DNA of 64,000 nucleotides from Lingula anatina (taxonomy: Eukaryota > Animalia > Brachiopoda), in assembly GCA_051362555.1 (NCBI GenBank), contig CM120642.1, positions 33,480,001 to 33,544,000 on the forward strand, in the 5' to 3' direction. Shown in pieces: positions 39,104-51,497 of the stretch. A program made the translations under genes and the position numbers. Every line of letters starts with the position of its first letter. The first letter of the stretch is position 1. The notes beneath the pieces were generated by a model. The model saw nothing but the letters and a program-made list of their open reading frames with translations, was not told the DNA's origin and made no database searches.

Positions 39104-42100
39104 CTAATCAGGGCTCGATTCACCAATGCTTACAGGGGGTTCCACAGGTTTTAATTCGTCTACAGTAACTTGATGGCTGTCAGGATTTTGGTCACCCTCT
39201 CTGACTGTCTGTTTATTGAAACTCAATACACCAATATTCATAGGATGTTTATTAAGCACCGATGCTGAAGGATTCTCAGGTTTTTCTTGAGTTAATTCTG
39301 AGTCGTTCTGAGGGTGTTTTTCATTTCCTGACATCAATTCACTGGTAATGCAATCCTCAGGGTAAAACTCAACATGTATTTGATTTGCAGAGTGCCCTTT
39401 AATATTGAACTCCACTTCATCTACAGGGTGTTCTTCAGCAGCTGGCCTCACTTCATCCACAGCATGCTCTTCAGCATGTAATCCCACCTCAATTGCAGTG
39501 TGTTCTTCAGCATTTGGTTCTACCAGAGATGCAGGGTATTTTTCAGCAATTAATTCCCCTTGATTCTCAGGGCACACCAAACTATCTTGTCCCACATTAT
39601 TACTTGTAGTATCGGCAGGATGCATCTCTGCAGGATTTAATTCTACTGCAGACAGAGGGTATTCTATATACTCCATACTGCCTTCATCCTTGTGGTACTC
39701 CAAAGGTGTATTATTCACTCCACCCTCCCACTGCTGTTCTGGATGTAAAGACATTTCATTTGCGAGCTGTTCGTCTGCTGTAATTTCCATCTTTTCAACC
39801 AAGTTTCCATAATTTTTGAATTCCACATAATTTCCAACACCTTCAAAATGACTGAACTCTCCATCATTCTCCTGTTTTACTTGTACCTCCACAAACACTG
39901 GCTCTGGAAGAAAATCTTGGTCCAAAGGTTCTGTTTTAATCACACACACCCTAGAACCTAAGTTCTCTCCCTCTTTCTCTCTTAAAGTTGACATAAGGAC
40001 GGTCTGGTTGGTGCTTTGTTGGTTCTTATCTTTGGGGCTCTCTGAAGGTTTGTTGGCTGCTGGTTTAATTTTGGTCTTACGTGCTGGTTTTGTTCTGGAA
40101 ACAGGCTGCGCTGGGGGTGATTTAGTACAGTTTCTGTTCCTGGGTGAGACACTTGACCTGTCTTTAGTTCTCAGCTTATCTATCACAGTGTCCAATGTTA
40201 ATTTTCTTTGCTTTGGTTTAGCAACTTTTTTCTGTCTGGGCAATGCAGCAGAGCTGTTTTTTAACTCCAGCGTTTCCTGTCTTTTCTTTGACTTATTACA
40301 TTGATCTTTCCAAGTTTTGAGACTGGACTTTTTTCTCCTATTAGATGGTGAATTCTCTGCTGTCTGGCTCGCTGTTTTATTGACAGGCCTAAAAGCTCCA
40401 ATTTTTGCAGCTGTTTTCTTGCAAGTAGTCTTCTGTTTTTCTTGCTTTTCTGTTCTATTTTTACATGTTACTTTTCTTTTTACTGAGCTGACAGTGCCCC
40501 TGTTTATATCCTGGTAACCATCTATCACAGCATCACTTAATCTAGGAACAGTAACAGTCACACACTTCAATTCTCTTTTGGCTAACATCAGTTTCTCATG
40601 ACCTTGGCCCTTTTTTGGGACACGGCCTTGACCTCTTTTCAATACCTTACTTGACTTTAGCTTATTTTTTGATTCACTTGTGTTAAAACTACTGTTGGTC
40701 GGGGAGGCATCAGTGATTTCTTGTTGACATTTGTGGTTCTTCCACCCATTCCTGCTTTTGAAGCCCATGTCACATTTGTCACATTGAAACTGGTACGTGT
40801 CTTCATGTGACCGCAAGTGGTACTGGTAGCTGTTGGAGTATTTAAATGTCTTCCCACACCTTTAAAAAACAAAAAAATAGAATTTTAAAAACATAATGCA
40901 ACCTTGAAACTTTATAACTCTATGCACTTAACCCAACAGCAATCCAATTTCCATTAAAATTTGTGAATTTATAATTTGTATGTTAATGGCTGAAAAACAT
41001 CTTATCTTATTACCTGGCACAGGTGTAGTAAGTTTTACTGGAGTGAGTCTTGCTGTGACGTCGCAGGTTTGAGATTGCCCTGAACCCTGTGCCGCAGATC
41101 TCACAGACATGCGGCTTGTCCCCGCTGTGGACATTCTGGTGGTCCTTCAGGTATGTCCTTGATGCAAAGGACTTATTACAAATAGAACACTGGTAGAGTT
41201 TCTCCCCAGTGTGAGTGCGCTGGTGGGTAAGTAGACCACCTTTGAGACGAAACTTTTTATTGCACTTATCACATGAATAATTACGCACCCCCGTGTGAGA
41301 CTGCTCGTGCATGCGCAGCTGCCAACCCTGCACGAACCTGCTCCCACACTGCTTACACTCGTATGGCTTTTCACCAGTGTGTGTTCTCACATGACGAGTT
41401 AAATCAGAAGATGTCCTAAACTGTTTTTGACAAAATTCGCACATGTAAGGTTTTTCTCCGCTGTGATGCAGCAAGTGCAGCTTAAGACTGGAGTAGTCCG
41501 TGAAGCGCCTGTCGCACAGATCACACTTGTATGGCTTGCTGCCTGTGTGGATGCGCATGTGACGATGCATGTTGGGTTTGTTGTTGAACTTCTTATGGCA
41601 CACGCTGCACTGATGTGGTCTCTCTCCTGTGTGGGTTAAGTTGTGTTGCTTCAAACTGCCCAGGTCTGAGAAATACTTGTCGCAGCAGACGCACTGATAA
41701 GGACGCACACCTGAAAGTGACAAGTTACGACAGATAATTGTATCTTAATACCTATAATATAACAGTGAAAACTGATATTAAATTTACGCTTAATGAAGAG
41801 TGACTTTTTATGTAGTTACATCTCTACAAAATTGTGACTGTATGTCTATTGGCAATATGAAAGCAATAAATAGTAAAACAAGGCAGCAAAGCTGTCAAAT
41901 GTACATACAAATGCATAAATATAAAATATTTTCAAAACTTGTTATGTTTAACTTAATTACCACAAAATAATTGTAACATGCACCATAATTAATCATCTCC
42001 AAGCCTAATAACTTATATATAAATGCTACACATATTCCGAGTGTGTAATAACCTTACCATTATGGACACAGCGTATGTGTCTTTCAACTGTAGTTTTTGC

Positions 42101-43763
42101 TGTGAATGTTTTTTCACACATGGAACACTGGAAAGGTTTGGTACCTATCACAACAAAGATAACATGTCCGTTACAAAAAAACTCAGTAGTCATGATACAC
42201 TGTTAATGACAATTGTTTGTGTGCAATAAAAACTGCCATAAAAATAATGATGGCAAAAATATTGTAGACCATCAGAACAGTCCCAGAAAACAAATATGAA
42301 GGTTGTGTCAAAGTTTATCATAAAATTCACAAAAGACATTATACATGATACTAAATTAATTATTATCTAAATTTTAGAAAATTACACCCACCTGAGTGAG
42401 TTGTCTGATGGACTCGTAGGTGACTTTGTTTGTTAGTTGAATACTGACACAGGTCACAGTGGAATTTTCTTATATGATAACTGGAGACTGGCTTGTCTGT
42501 GATATCACTGTCTGTAGTGCCATCTGGGGACTCCACTTTAAGAGTAACTGCAACAAAAGTTAAATTAAAAAAAAGGAAATGCAGGGATGGATTCAGAGAT
42601 ATTTTCTGACAGTCTTCCTAATTATCTTTGTTTATCCCTCCTTCATTTTTGACCGTCTTCCAACAGAAAAAATTGGATACCCGACAATGTAAACTTGAAA
42701 ATCTGACCGTCTTCCAAAGACCCAGAAGATGGCCTCAATTCGCCCCTGAAATGTGCCTGTGAGTCACACATGAAAGCACAAGAAGCTACACCATAGGGAG
42801 ATATCATTTAAAATATAAATAAATAATATAATCTTGAGCCAAAGTATAAGTCTAGTGAAAGTGAAAATAAACAGAATATGTCTACAGTAAAGAGTTGGCA
42901 ACTCTAGCACTATCACGCAAAACAGGAATCTTCAAATATGTTTGTAATGCTGGGTTTATCCATCTGTAAAATTTTCCAGAGAGCTAAAAAAAAAAAGGAC
43001 TAACATTCTGCCTCATACTCACTTTGTCTACTCATGTCAGTTTCTAAATCCTTCACCTCTGCCTCTGGTAATTCTTGCTTTACTACCAGGAGAACAGTGC
43101 TGTCATCCAGAGCTTTGGCTGAAATAAAATAAATTGATGTTTTGAAAGTAGTATTTCTATCCCTCTGTATTTACAAATATTAGTACATGCATTACTGCAC
43201 TGTACAGCACTGGTAGAGGTACAATAAAGTACATTGTACTTACACTAATGACTCTAAAGTAAATTATCAGTTCATAATCTACAATTAAAGGGTCTTTCTA
43301 ACACATTATACCTTGATTATGATGTGTGAAATGTACATGTTAATATTTCAAGTTGTTAACCAGAAAATCAAAAGGGGTGTAAATACATGGCTGAGATTTA
43401 TAATTATTTAACATGCTTTGACTGGTTTTAATTTACTGTACATACTGTACATAATTATAGGAACCACAGACTACTAGTAATCACACAATAAAATCCCAGA
43501 ATCTGCCCTGTAAAATAAAGCTCAAAACTGCATCAGAAACCACAGACTAAGCACAGTACAATGATTTTCAAGTTTGTTTTTGAATGTGTCAAATCACCTT
43601 GAGTAACCACAGACTTCACGCTATAATTTCCTTGAGTGTGATCAAAGTGGACTGTGTTCTCATTGTCCCCTCCTGCAGACTTTTTCACCATTGTCTTTTT
43701 CCTAATTGCTGAATCTTGCTTTGAATTCTTTTGTCCTCTGGACAGTTTCTTCTTTTTAGCCAT
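39104..43763 (-). CDS. C2H2 zinc-finger protein with ~12 fingers, followed by basic and acidic repetitive C-terminal regions; exons approx. 43763-43598, 43118-43021, 42547-42392, 42144-42058, 41710-41014, 40859-39104
   Basis: Repeated C-x2-C...H-x3-H fingers with TGEKP-type linkers; single-finger exons FHCDLC..H and FQCSMC..H; finger TCA|RCGKTF split by an intron; SUMO-consensus motifs VKQE, LKVE, IKTE. The start codon is the least certain part. Confidence 0.88.
42582..42748 (-). mobile_element. MITE family A, full copy with 5-bp TSD AAATG
   Basis: Reverse-complement match to 20793-20960; AAATG at 42577-42581 and 42749-42753. Confidence 0.88.
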
Positions 43764-45646
43764 CTTGCACACCCTAAAAATATTGAAATACTGCAGTGAT
43801 TAAAAAAAAATTGTCAGCATCTTAGGAAAAGAAAATACCAAAAAGAATAAATTCAAGTCTTCCCATGGTAACTGTGCCTCAAAACAGGGTGTTGCAAAAA
43901 ACAAATGGCTCTTCATCCGAGAGATAAAACAGAAAAAAGATACACCAGTTTTAACTTTAAATTAAAATTATACTCTAGTCTGGGCCAAGTAGAAGTATTG
44001 TTCTCTGGAACAAATGACCCTTCTGTGTAATAAGTTGTATTTATTTACATAACATATGTAACTCAACTGACAGCTAGGATCAATGGGTTACCATATACTT
44101 ATACTGAGTGAATGCCAGTATACCATGACATTACAGGGTTCTAGTACTATTATACTAATAGTAGTATCCAAGTATCCCAAACCGCACTGTATTAGTAGTA
44201 CACGTCCCCAGCGGAGCAATGACGTACCGTAGAAATAAAGTCTGGACCTACTTTGATTATGGAGACAAATATCTGAAGCAATATTGCATAAGCAAGACAA
44301 CACACAACTACATTTTCAAGACACTAGCCATGTGATTTTACTGTTCAAATTATACTAATTTTTGTGCTGCTAATTAAAGTAAATCACTTACAGTGTACAG
44401 GTAACTCCTTGACGTGGGGATACATGATATACAAATATTACTCACTGTTAGCTAAACACTCATTTCATGAAATATCATGCGGTCTTTATTTACCTTCCCT
44501 GGTGTTCTGGGACCCTTGTAATGTATATTTAGAAATAATAAATGGCTAACAAACGCCAGGTAGGCAGTGTACTCTCTCTTCGTGCTCATTCATTCCAGGC
44601 ATTGGAAAGGGAAAGTCATGGCGTCTGTTCCATATCCCAAGAAAAGCCTAATTCAATGTTTGTCGTTGTTCTACACTGACTTTCTTCACATGTCACTACT
44701 ATTATTACGGAAAAGTTCAGATTTTAATGTCTCGACTCAAAATTGAACCAGGCAGCTTATATAACAATAGTACCTTCAGAAATCCAAAAACTAGTTTTTT
44801 TGTGAATTCTTTTAATCCTATTTACCCTTATTTACCCTATTTACCCTGGGTTAAACATTGTTGAGAGAAATTTTCTTTATGGTAAAAATATACTTTTTTA
44901 TTTACATATACCTGACATCTTACGATAATTTTTCCATTCTTGCCCCCCCCCCCCCTCAACCCACCCACGCACACATACACACTTTTCCAAGTTGGCATCA
45001 TTCATGATAGGCCTACATGTATCTCTTTATAACAGTCTGAGGTGAAATGGGCATACACTTTATATCGTCCTCTCTATGCAGGTCAATGTGTACATGTACT
45101 GGCAGAAAAGTACTGGTAGAGCACTGGCGCAGTGTGATGCCATTACTTTCACATTTACGCGCCAGGAACTAACGTAAAATTGTCATTATGATAATACAGA
45201 ATGGCAGTTTGGTGTCTGGTGTATCTTTATGTGGCTATAAATTACTGAACAATAGTGCTCCTGGTCATTATGACCGTCTGTCTGTTTGTTTGTCTGACTG
45301 TCTGTCTGTTTGTTTGTTTGTTTGTGGTTAGAACTGGAAATCAAAATCGTGAAATTTATTTGGAAAAGGCGACAACGTACCAGCACGATAAAACAGCAAC
45401 AGATTTAACATGATTTCATATCCAATGCTTAGTTTTAAACAAAACCGATGGCTGCATAGTATTTACATGTAAGTTTTTAATTCACAGTTTTTGGTTTGGA
45501 ATCAAGACGTATAAATACTTGTCCAGTCTGCTGTAGGCCTACCTATTACATATACTTGTTGCGCATTTAAACTAGGTCGCTCTTCGGCCACAGCTGTTCC
45601 TTAACCGCAAAATGATGTAGGCCCCTATTTGTACCCCTGTGAGTGT

Positions 45647-45715
45647 CAATACCACTGTGAAGCTAGATTGTTAACTATTGAAACGTTTTCACGCGATAGC
45701 TTCACAGTGGTATTG
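45647..45715. other. Perfect 19-bp inverted repeat with a 31-nt spacer
   Basis: CAATACCACTGTGAAGCTA / TAGCTTCACAGTGGTATTG. Confidence 0.85.
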
Positions 45716-47112
45716 CTGATATGAAATACATATGAAATCAAGATCGAGCTGGCAATACCAGAATCTAGAACCTAGGGTACCTATTTGACTATATCTTGGC
45801 AATTTCTTCTGGTATCTTTGGAGTATGAAAGGACTGCCCGTGGCACGTATGGGCCAACACTCAAGTTATAAATTCTTGGGAACCATTTAAACTTATGTTT
45901 GATTTGGAATATAGGGTATGTTCAGAATAGAAACTATCGTACTAGCAGGATCGATCTATCTCAGCGGGGATTTTCTCTAAGGCGCAGTCAATGTAATTAG
46001 CTTAATTGTCCGGTGCACCCCCTCGTAACTTAAAGTATTTGGGTAAAGTCGGGAAAACTTTGTGTTCCATGATGTTGTTCATGTTGCTTTGTGAGAGGGC
46101 GTGCCATGCAGATTGCATTGGTGGCCACTTTTTTATTGAAAGTAAATAAAATGAAAAAAGTTCAATTTAAGTTTAAAAAAACTTATAAGCAACATGAATT
46201 TTTTCTTTGATATCACTGTCGTCTGTGATTTCTATGAAAACTCTAACTCAACGTTATGGAGTTTGTTGGCTAGGGTCAAGTGAGCGAAATGGCAGATTTT
46301 GTTTTTCTCACTTTCACTTTTAAATGATAAAACTGAACAGTTAAAACTTAACAGTAGTAATATTATGCCAAAGTGAAACGTTTGTTTTTTTCGCATCTTG
46401 TGGCCTATTATTTTGAACCGTTCCGGGACAAAAACATACTGATAAGACTTATTAATAAGTATAAATGACATCTTGTCTGGGGGCACTCTATAAGAGCCAG
46501 TGTGACAGGAATGAAGTCTTAGGAATGGAAGTCCGGGGTCCCACGACACATGATAAGTACAGGTAAGGGTTAGTCAGAATATTAGGGTTAGTATACATTA
46601 ATGAAACGAATGTCACCTGTACAAAGTATTAGGGAACGGTCTACGGTTCCTCCCCTGTCAAACAGACATTCTTATACAGAGTTACGCCCACTGCGCTATG
46701 CTAAATTGCTTCCCTATGACATTACAGCCGGATATTAAACACAGTTACACGTGCAGTTACAGCTATTTCTTTCGACTGAGAAGCAGCCAAGGTAACACAC
46801 GTATTAACCTAAGATTATATTTGTTGGCGCCGGTTACAGGTGGAGATCAAGCCTCTCTCTCTCTCTCTCTTTTTCGTTCACTTGTGTGATACTTGTCAAA
46901 TCGCGGAAACTTGTAGGTTACAACTGCACCTTTTTTACCATGATTTACGTTTGTAACTTCATAAACGCTGTGACATTTTTGTGGAGGCACATCTGCAGCT
47001 TATGACATCACACCGATTAAAAGGAAATTTAAATTACTTAAAAGAGTCGACAGTCTGCACCGACAAGAGCTGGGTTCTGATAGCGCCGGACAAGAGGTAC
47101 AGTGTAGGTCCT

Positions 47113-47335
47113 CAGTGGCGGATTTAGGGGGGGGGGGGGGTCAGGTGGGTCCTTACCTCCCCTTCGATTTCTGAAAATCTAATGCCCCCCTCTTGAACTT
47201 AGAACTTTGGCTAGCTGAATCATAGTTCTAAACCGTACCAAATGGCACCGTTCGCCCTCTAAAATACCATCGAAAAACCCACCGCCAAGGGGAGGAGAGG
47301 GGACCCCCCTTCAAATAATCCTGGATACGCCCCTG
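47113..47335 (-). mobile_element. Non-autonomous TIR element, family B, copy 2
   Basis: CAGTGGCGGAT...ATACGCCCCTG ends; internal reverse match to 12049-12287. Confidence 0.75.
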
Positions 47336-49532
47336 GGGCCTGCATGTAACATACTACCAGTATTTATATCAGGGGGCCAATGTCATATGCTCTAAACGAC
47401 TCAAAGGCCGACTAGGAGATGAAGATGTTTCAGCATATGACATTAATCTACTATAAATAATGTTGTAAACAATGTAGTGAGCGAATATCTCAGTCCGCTG
47501 ACTTCAGACGCGCGGTAAGTAAGATTGAAAACCTTAATGTTGACCTTAGACTCAGCTGTTTACGTGAAAATACTCTTTAACTTTCGCCTCAGCAATGGTG
47601 GCGTGTGTCTTTGTGAACTTGATAGATCCCTTCTTGCTAACGCTTTCACTTCAGTGTACAGTATGTTGCAGTACACGGATAGCATGGCGTTTTTAAACTG
47701 AAAAACAACCTTTAAAAGCTGTCTACTATTCCAGAAAGACGCAAAAGAGACGAGACACATATAATATCTACACTGGATCAACGTACTGGATTTATACACG
47801 TGGGATACCATACCGGGTACACTCACATGTTCATGGTGCGTACCACCGACCCATCCCGCAAAAAACAATGAAGAATTATGAAGGAGGAAACACTGTCTGG
47901 GGGTAGGTACATACGCCCACCCAGAACTCTAGTCCTCTAGGAGGGGGGCTGACGGTAATACTGAGAGAGAGAGAGAGAGGTGGGGGAGGGGGGGAGAGAG
48001 TTGTTAATATATGCTGATACATGTTGTCTAAATATATGTTATATAATCTTTTAAAGAGTTCGCTAATGTGTAAGCAATGACATAGACATTTCGATTAACA
48101 ATGATATAAACTCATGGGGTTTTCAGCGATACATATAATACTGTATATATGTAGTGTTCAGAATATTAAGGTAACGTGTAACATTACGCCCAGTAAGCCA
48201 CCTGGCAGCACAGATGAAGCGTAAGGTTAAAAAATACATTCAGAAAAACCGCAGATGTATAATATAAAGATAAGAGTTTGGATGGGTTTCAAATAAAAGC
48301 GATTGTGTATCGGGGTATATGGTTCCCCACTTGACGTCACTTTTTACCTGAGACCAATTGATCGAGTGATGACGTCAATTTCTAGCAAAAACTCTCACTG
48401 GACAGTAAAATTGCGCAAAATTAGCCAACGAAATAGCCGTTAGTGTCTATTGAATTATCAGCGTGGCCCACGTTGAGGTAAATTCGACAGTGGGGTCTTG
48501 CGAGTAACTTCCAACTATTATTTAATTCATCAAGTGTGAGTACTCTACACCAGCTGTTCTTCCGCTAAGAGCCTCTGAGGCAATGTTACTCTACACAGGA
48601 GTCTAGCTGGGTGATGGCGTTTTTTATCTTTATTTATTTATTTATTTATTTGTTTGTTTGTTTATTTATATATTAATTGCAAAATTCCTTGCTTTTGGAG
48701 ATGTGTGCACAGGTGTAGCCATATTTGTAACCTGTTGACTTAAAATATATCCCCGATAAAATTCTCTATGAGGCCCCAGTAGAGGGTAGGGTGAAACCGT
48801 GAGCGTCTATCAGATGTACTTTATCTAAACCTCTCCTCTTTTCTCCCTTGACAGAAAGATATGCTAACCGATAAATTGCGAAAAAACCTGCCCGCCCTTT
48901 TGACGTATCTACCTGTAATATGTGTTCATTATGCAGATATGGTATATATCTTTATTGCGACCCCCCATGTCAAGTTCTTGACATGCTTATGTCAGATAAC
49001 AGAGACGGTGACATGAAAGGTATCAGTTTGCTGGCGACTCAGGTGAGGGAGGATTGCCGCATGATAAATTAATATCATGACTAAGCCTTTAACTGAATCT
49101 TGACAAAAGTAGGCAATCATGAGTGATCGTTCGACTTTCCCTTTCAAGTCTGGCCTGTCCAACAAGCAGTCTGACACTCGTGACAGTTTTTAAACTGTTA
49201 AAACAAAAAAAGGAAAAGTTGGTTTATATTTTTGGACAAAACGATGTAGTTTACTTTGATCCAAGATAAATCAATAGAAATTAAAAAAAAAGACATTTGG
49301 TGCCCTTTTGTTTTTACAAAATTGACGTAAGAAAAATTCTGATCATATCAACAATAAGTGTACCTATTTCATATTTATGGACTACTGCAATTTTCATTGA
49401 AGAAGACCAAAAGGTACGTTCGGGCATAAATTTAAGTTGACTTTCAGTCTTAATATTTTTCGTGCTGGTAATCTGCTCCAGATAACCCATACTGCCTGTA
49501 TAGCACTACTGATATTATATAGTAACCATCAC

Positions 49533-50196
49533 AGCTACTGGGGTACATGTAACACACGTCGCGTGCATCTGCGGCATTAAGAGTCTTTTCCAGGGGGATA
49601 TAAGGTCATTGACGCGTAGAACGGTCCTCTCCAAACTGACAAAACTCGGGATAACAGTACTCACATGTATACTATTTGCTATTACAAATATTTAACAAAA
49701 TGTTTTCTTTTCTTTTCAGAAGGACAGGAAGTTGAACGAAAATTGGGGTATTCACGGGGACTGTATCGATCGCGATTCTTTATTCTTTGCTATTTGTATT
49801 TGTTCCCTACAAGGCGATGGGGTTTACTTTTCCCCAAGTCAAACGACGAACGCTACTGGGGTACAAGTAACACGGCTCGCGTGCGACAGCAGCATTAAGA
49901 GTCTTTTCCAGGGGGATATTAGGGCATGGACGCATAGAACCAAGGTTCTCCCCCAACCAGACAACACTCGGGATTACACTACTCACATGTATATAAATTA
50001 TTTCTACTACAATTACTTTACAAAATGTTTTCTTTTCTTTTTAGATGTACATATGATACAATGCAAAGGGCAGGAAAAGCGAAAATTGGGGTATTCATGA
50101 TGACGTTATTGGTCGTGATTTTTTATTCTTTACTATTTGGATTGGGGCTCGACAAGGCGATGGAGTTTACTCTTCCCCAAATCAAACGACGAACGC
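49533..50196 (+). repeat. Diverged ~320-bp tandem duplication spanning the GT92 acceptor and first ~45 codons
   Basis: GCTACTGGGGTACA...GCATTAAGAGTCTTTTCCAGGGGGATAT...GAAAATTGGGGTATTCA...TCAAACGACGAACGCT present at both 49533-49853 and 49851-50196. Confidence 0.9.
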
Positions 50197-51497
50197 TCTC
50201 GTGGATTCGTACAAAAACACTGGCAGAACCAACAGAGCCCCCTTTAGTAGAATGGCTGTACACAAATTTGACCACGGAGATGTATATCCTCTCTGCCTAC
50301 TACGATAACAGGCCGACAGTGGAGTTTCTTGCTGTACGTATCATAGGGGTGGCGGATAAAGGGAGGATCGAAGACAAAGGAGAGAGGGTGTTCTGTGTTG
50401 TTTGGGGTGGCACAAATAACCTCGTTGGTAGCGTTCCCGAGGAAATGGCGGCCACCCACATTGGCCCGGGGGCTTGGTCCCTTGGAAAGTATTTTAGGGA
50501 GTATATATTCGTCTGTCCTTTAACAAACGTTTCCATTTCCAGACCCTCATATGTATCTGTCATAGACGGGACATATTTAAATGAGACAAAAAATCAGTCC
50601 CGGGAGATCAGCTTGAAAGAAACACTGGCCACACTTCCAAAGATACCTGTGAGGTATCCAGAACGCGCATCCAACAAACTGGACTTTGGTCAGTGCACAA
50701 GTATCACATACTGGACCATAGATCCTTACCGTATAGTGGAATGGGTGGAGCTACACAGAATATGGGGTGTAAAAGAGATGAACATTTACGGTAGTGTCAT
50801 CAATGACACTTCAGACAGAGTATTCAGACACTACCACAGCGGGGGTTTCCTGAACTACAACAGGATTCGGAGGCCAATGAATGAAACGTCCGAACCGATC
50901 TTTCTTCTGATGGCGTCGCCGGTAATAAATGACTGTATTTACAAGAATATGTACAGATACAATAAGATTGTAGTTGTCGACCTCGACGAACTGATCGTTC
51001 CTCGTGGTAACCTTAGCACCTACAACGAGCTCATAGGGACCATAGACCGTTCAATTAAACTTGAACATCCAAATCGAATGTATATGTTTCAGAATGTATA
51101 CTTCTTCTTTGAACTACCACAAGACGTACGGTTTCCAGAACAAGTAGTGACGCTGCGTCAGATAGGGCGGCTGAGAGACTTAACCCCGGTAGGAACTGCG
51201 GCAAAAAGTATTATAGACCCAATGGCGTGCACTAACATGCACAATCATTTCTGCTGGCATGTAGCAAAACTAAGTGACAAACCTTCACATACGAACTATG
51301 TGAACCCGGATTTAGGACTTAATCAACATTACAAAAAGTGCCACTTCGATAGATACATGAAATCATATAATTTACCGCCGTGCAAAGAGGCGCTGAAGAA
51401 TTTCACCACAGATAAAAATATGCAGAGATTCAGTCATTTACTTATACCGCGTATTAGGACAGAACTGAACAAATTGGGCCTGCCTCATCAGTTATAG
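50061..51497 (+). CDS. Glycosyltransferase family 92 (DUF23) type II membrane protein, single coding exon
   Basis: N-terminal TM (IGVFMMTLLVVIFYSLLFGLGL), YILSAYYDNR, IVEWVELHRIWGV, INDCIYKNMYRY, DxD motif VVDLDELIVPR, KSIIDP..C..MHNH, HY near the C-terminus; acceptor at 50042-50044. Confidence 0.88.
   Translation: MQRAGKAKIGVFMMTLLVVIFYSLLFGLGLDKAMEFTLPQIKRRTLSWIRTKTLAEPTEPPLVEWLYTNLTTEMYILSAYYDNRPTVEFLAVRIIGVADKGRIEDKGERVFCVVWGGTNNLVGSVPEEMAATHIGPGAWSLGKYFREYIFVCPLTNVSISRPSYVSVIDGTYLNETKNQSREISLKETLATLPKIPVRYPERASNKLDFGQCTSITYWTIDPYRIVEWVELHRIWGVKEMNIYGSVINDTSDRVFRHYHSGGFLNYNRIRRPMNETSEPIFLLMASPVINDCIYKNMYRYNKIVVVDLDELIVPRGNLSTYNELIGTIDRSIKLEHPNRMYMFQNVYFFFELPQDVRFPEQVVTLRQIGRLRDLTPVGTAAKSIIDPMACTNMHNHFCWHVAKLSDKPSHTNYVNPDLGLNQHYKKCHFDRYMKSYNLPPCKEALKNFTTDKNMQRFSHLLIPRIRTELNKLGLPHQL

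Noticed and set aside
40008-40517. Plus-strand hydrophobic ORFs
   Set aside because: Antisense shadows of the Lys-rich ZNF exon
47378-47444. 13-bp inverted repeat AATGTCATATGCT/AGCATATGACATT
   Set aside because: Short, with no TSD or second copy; probably a MITE relic
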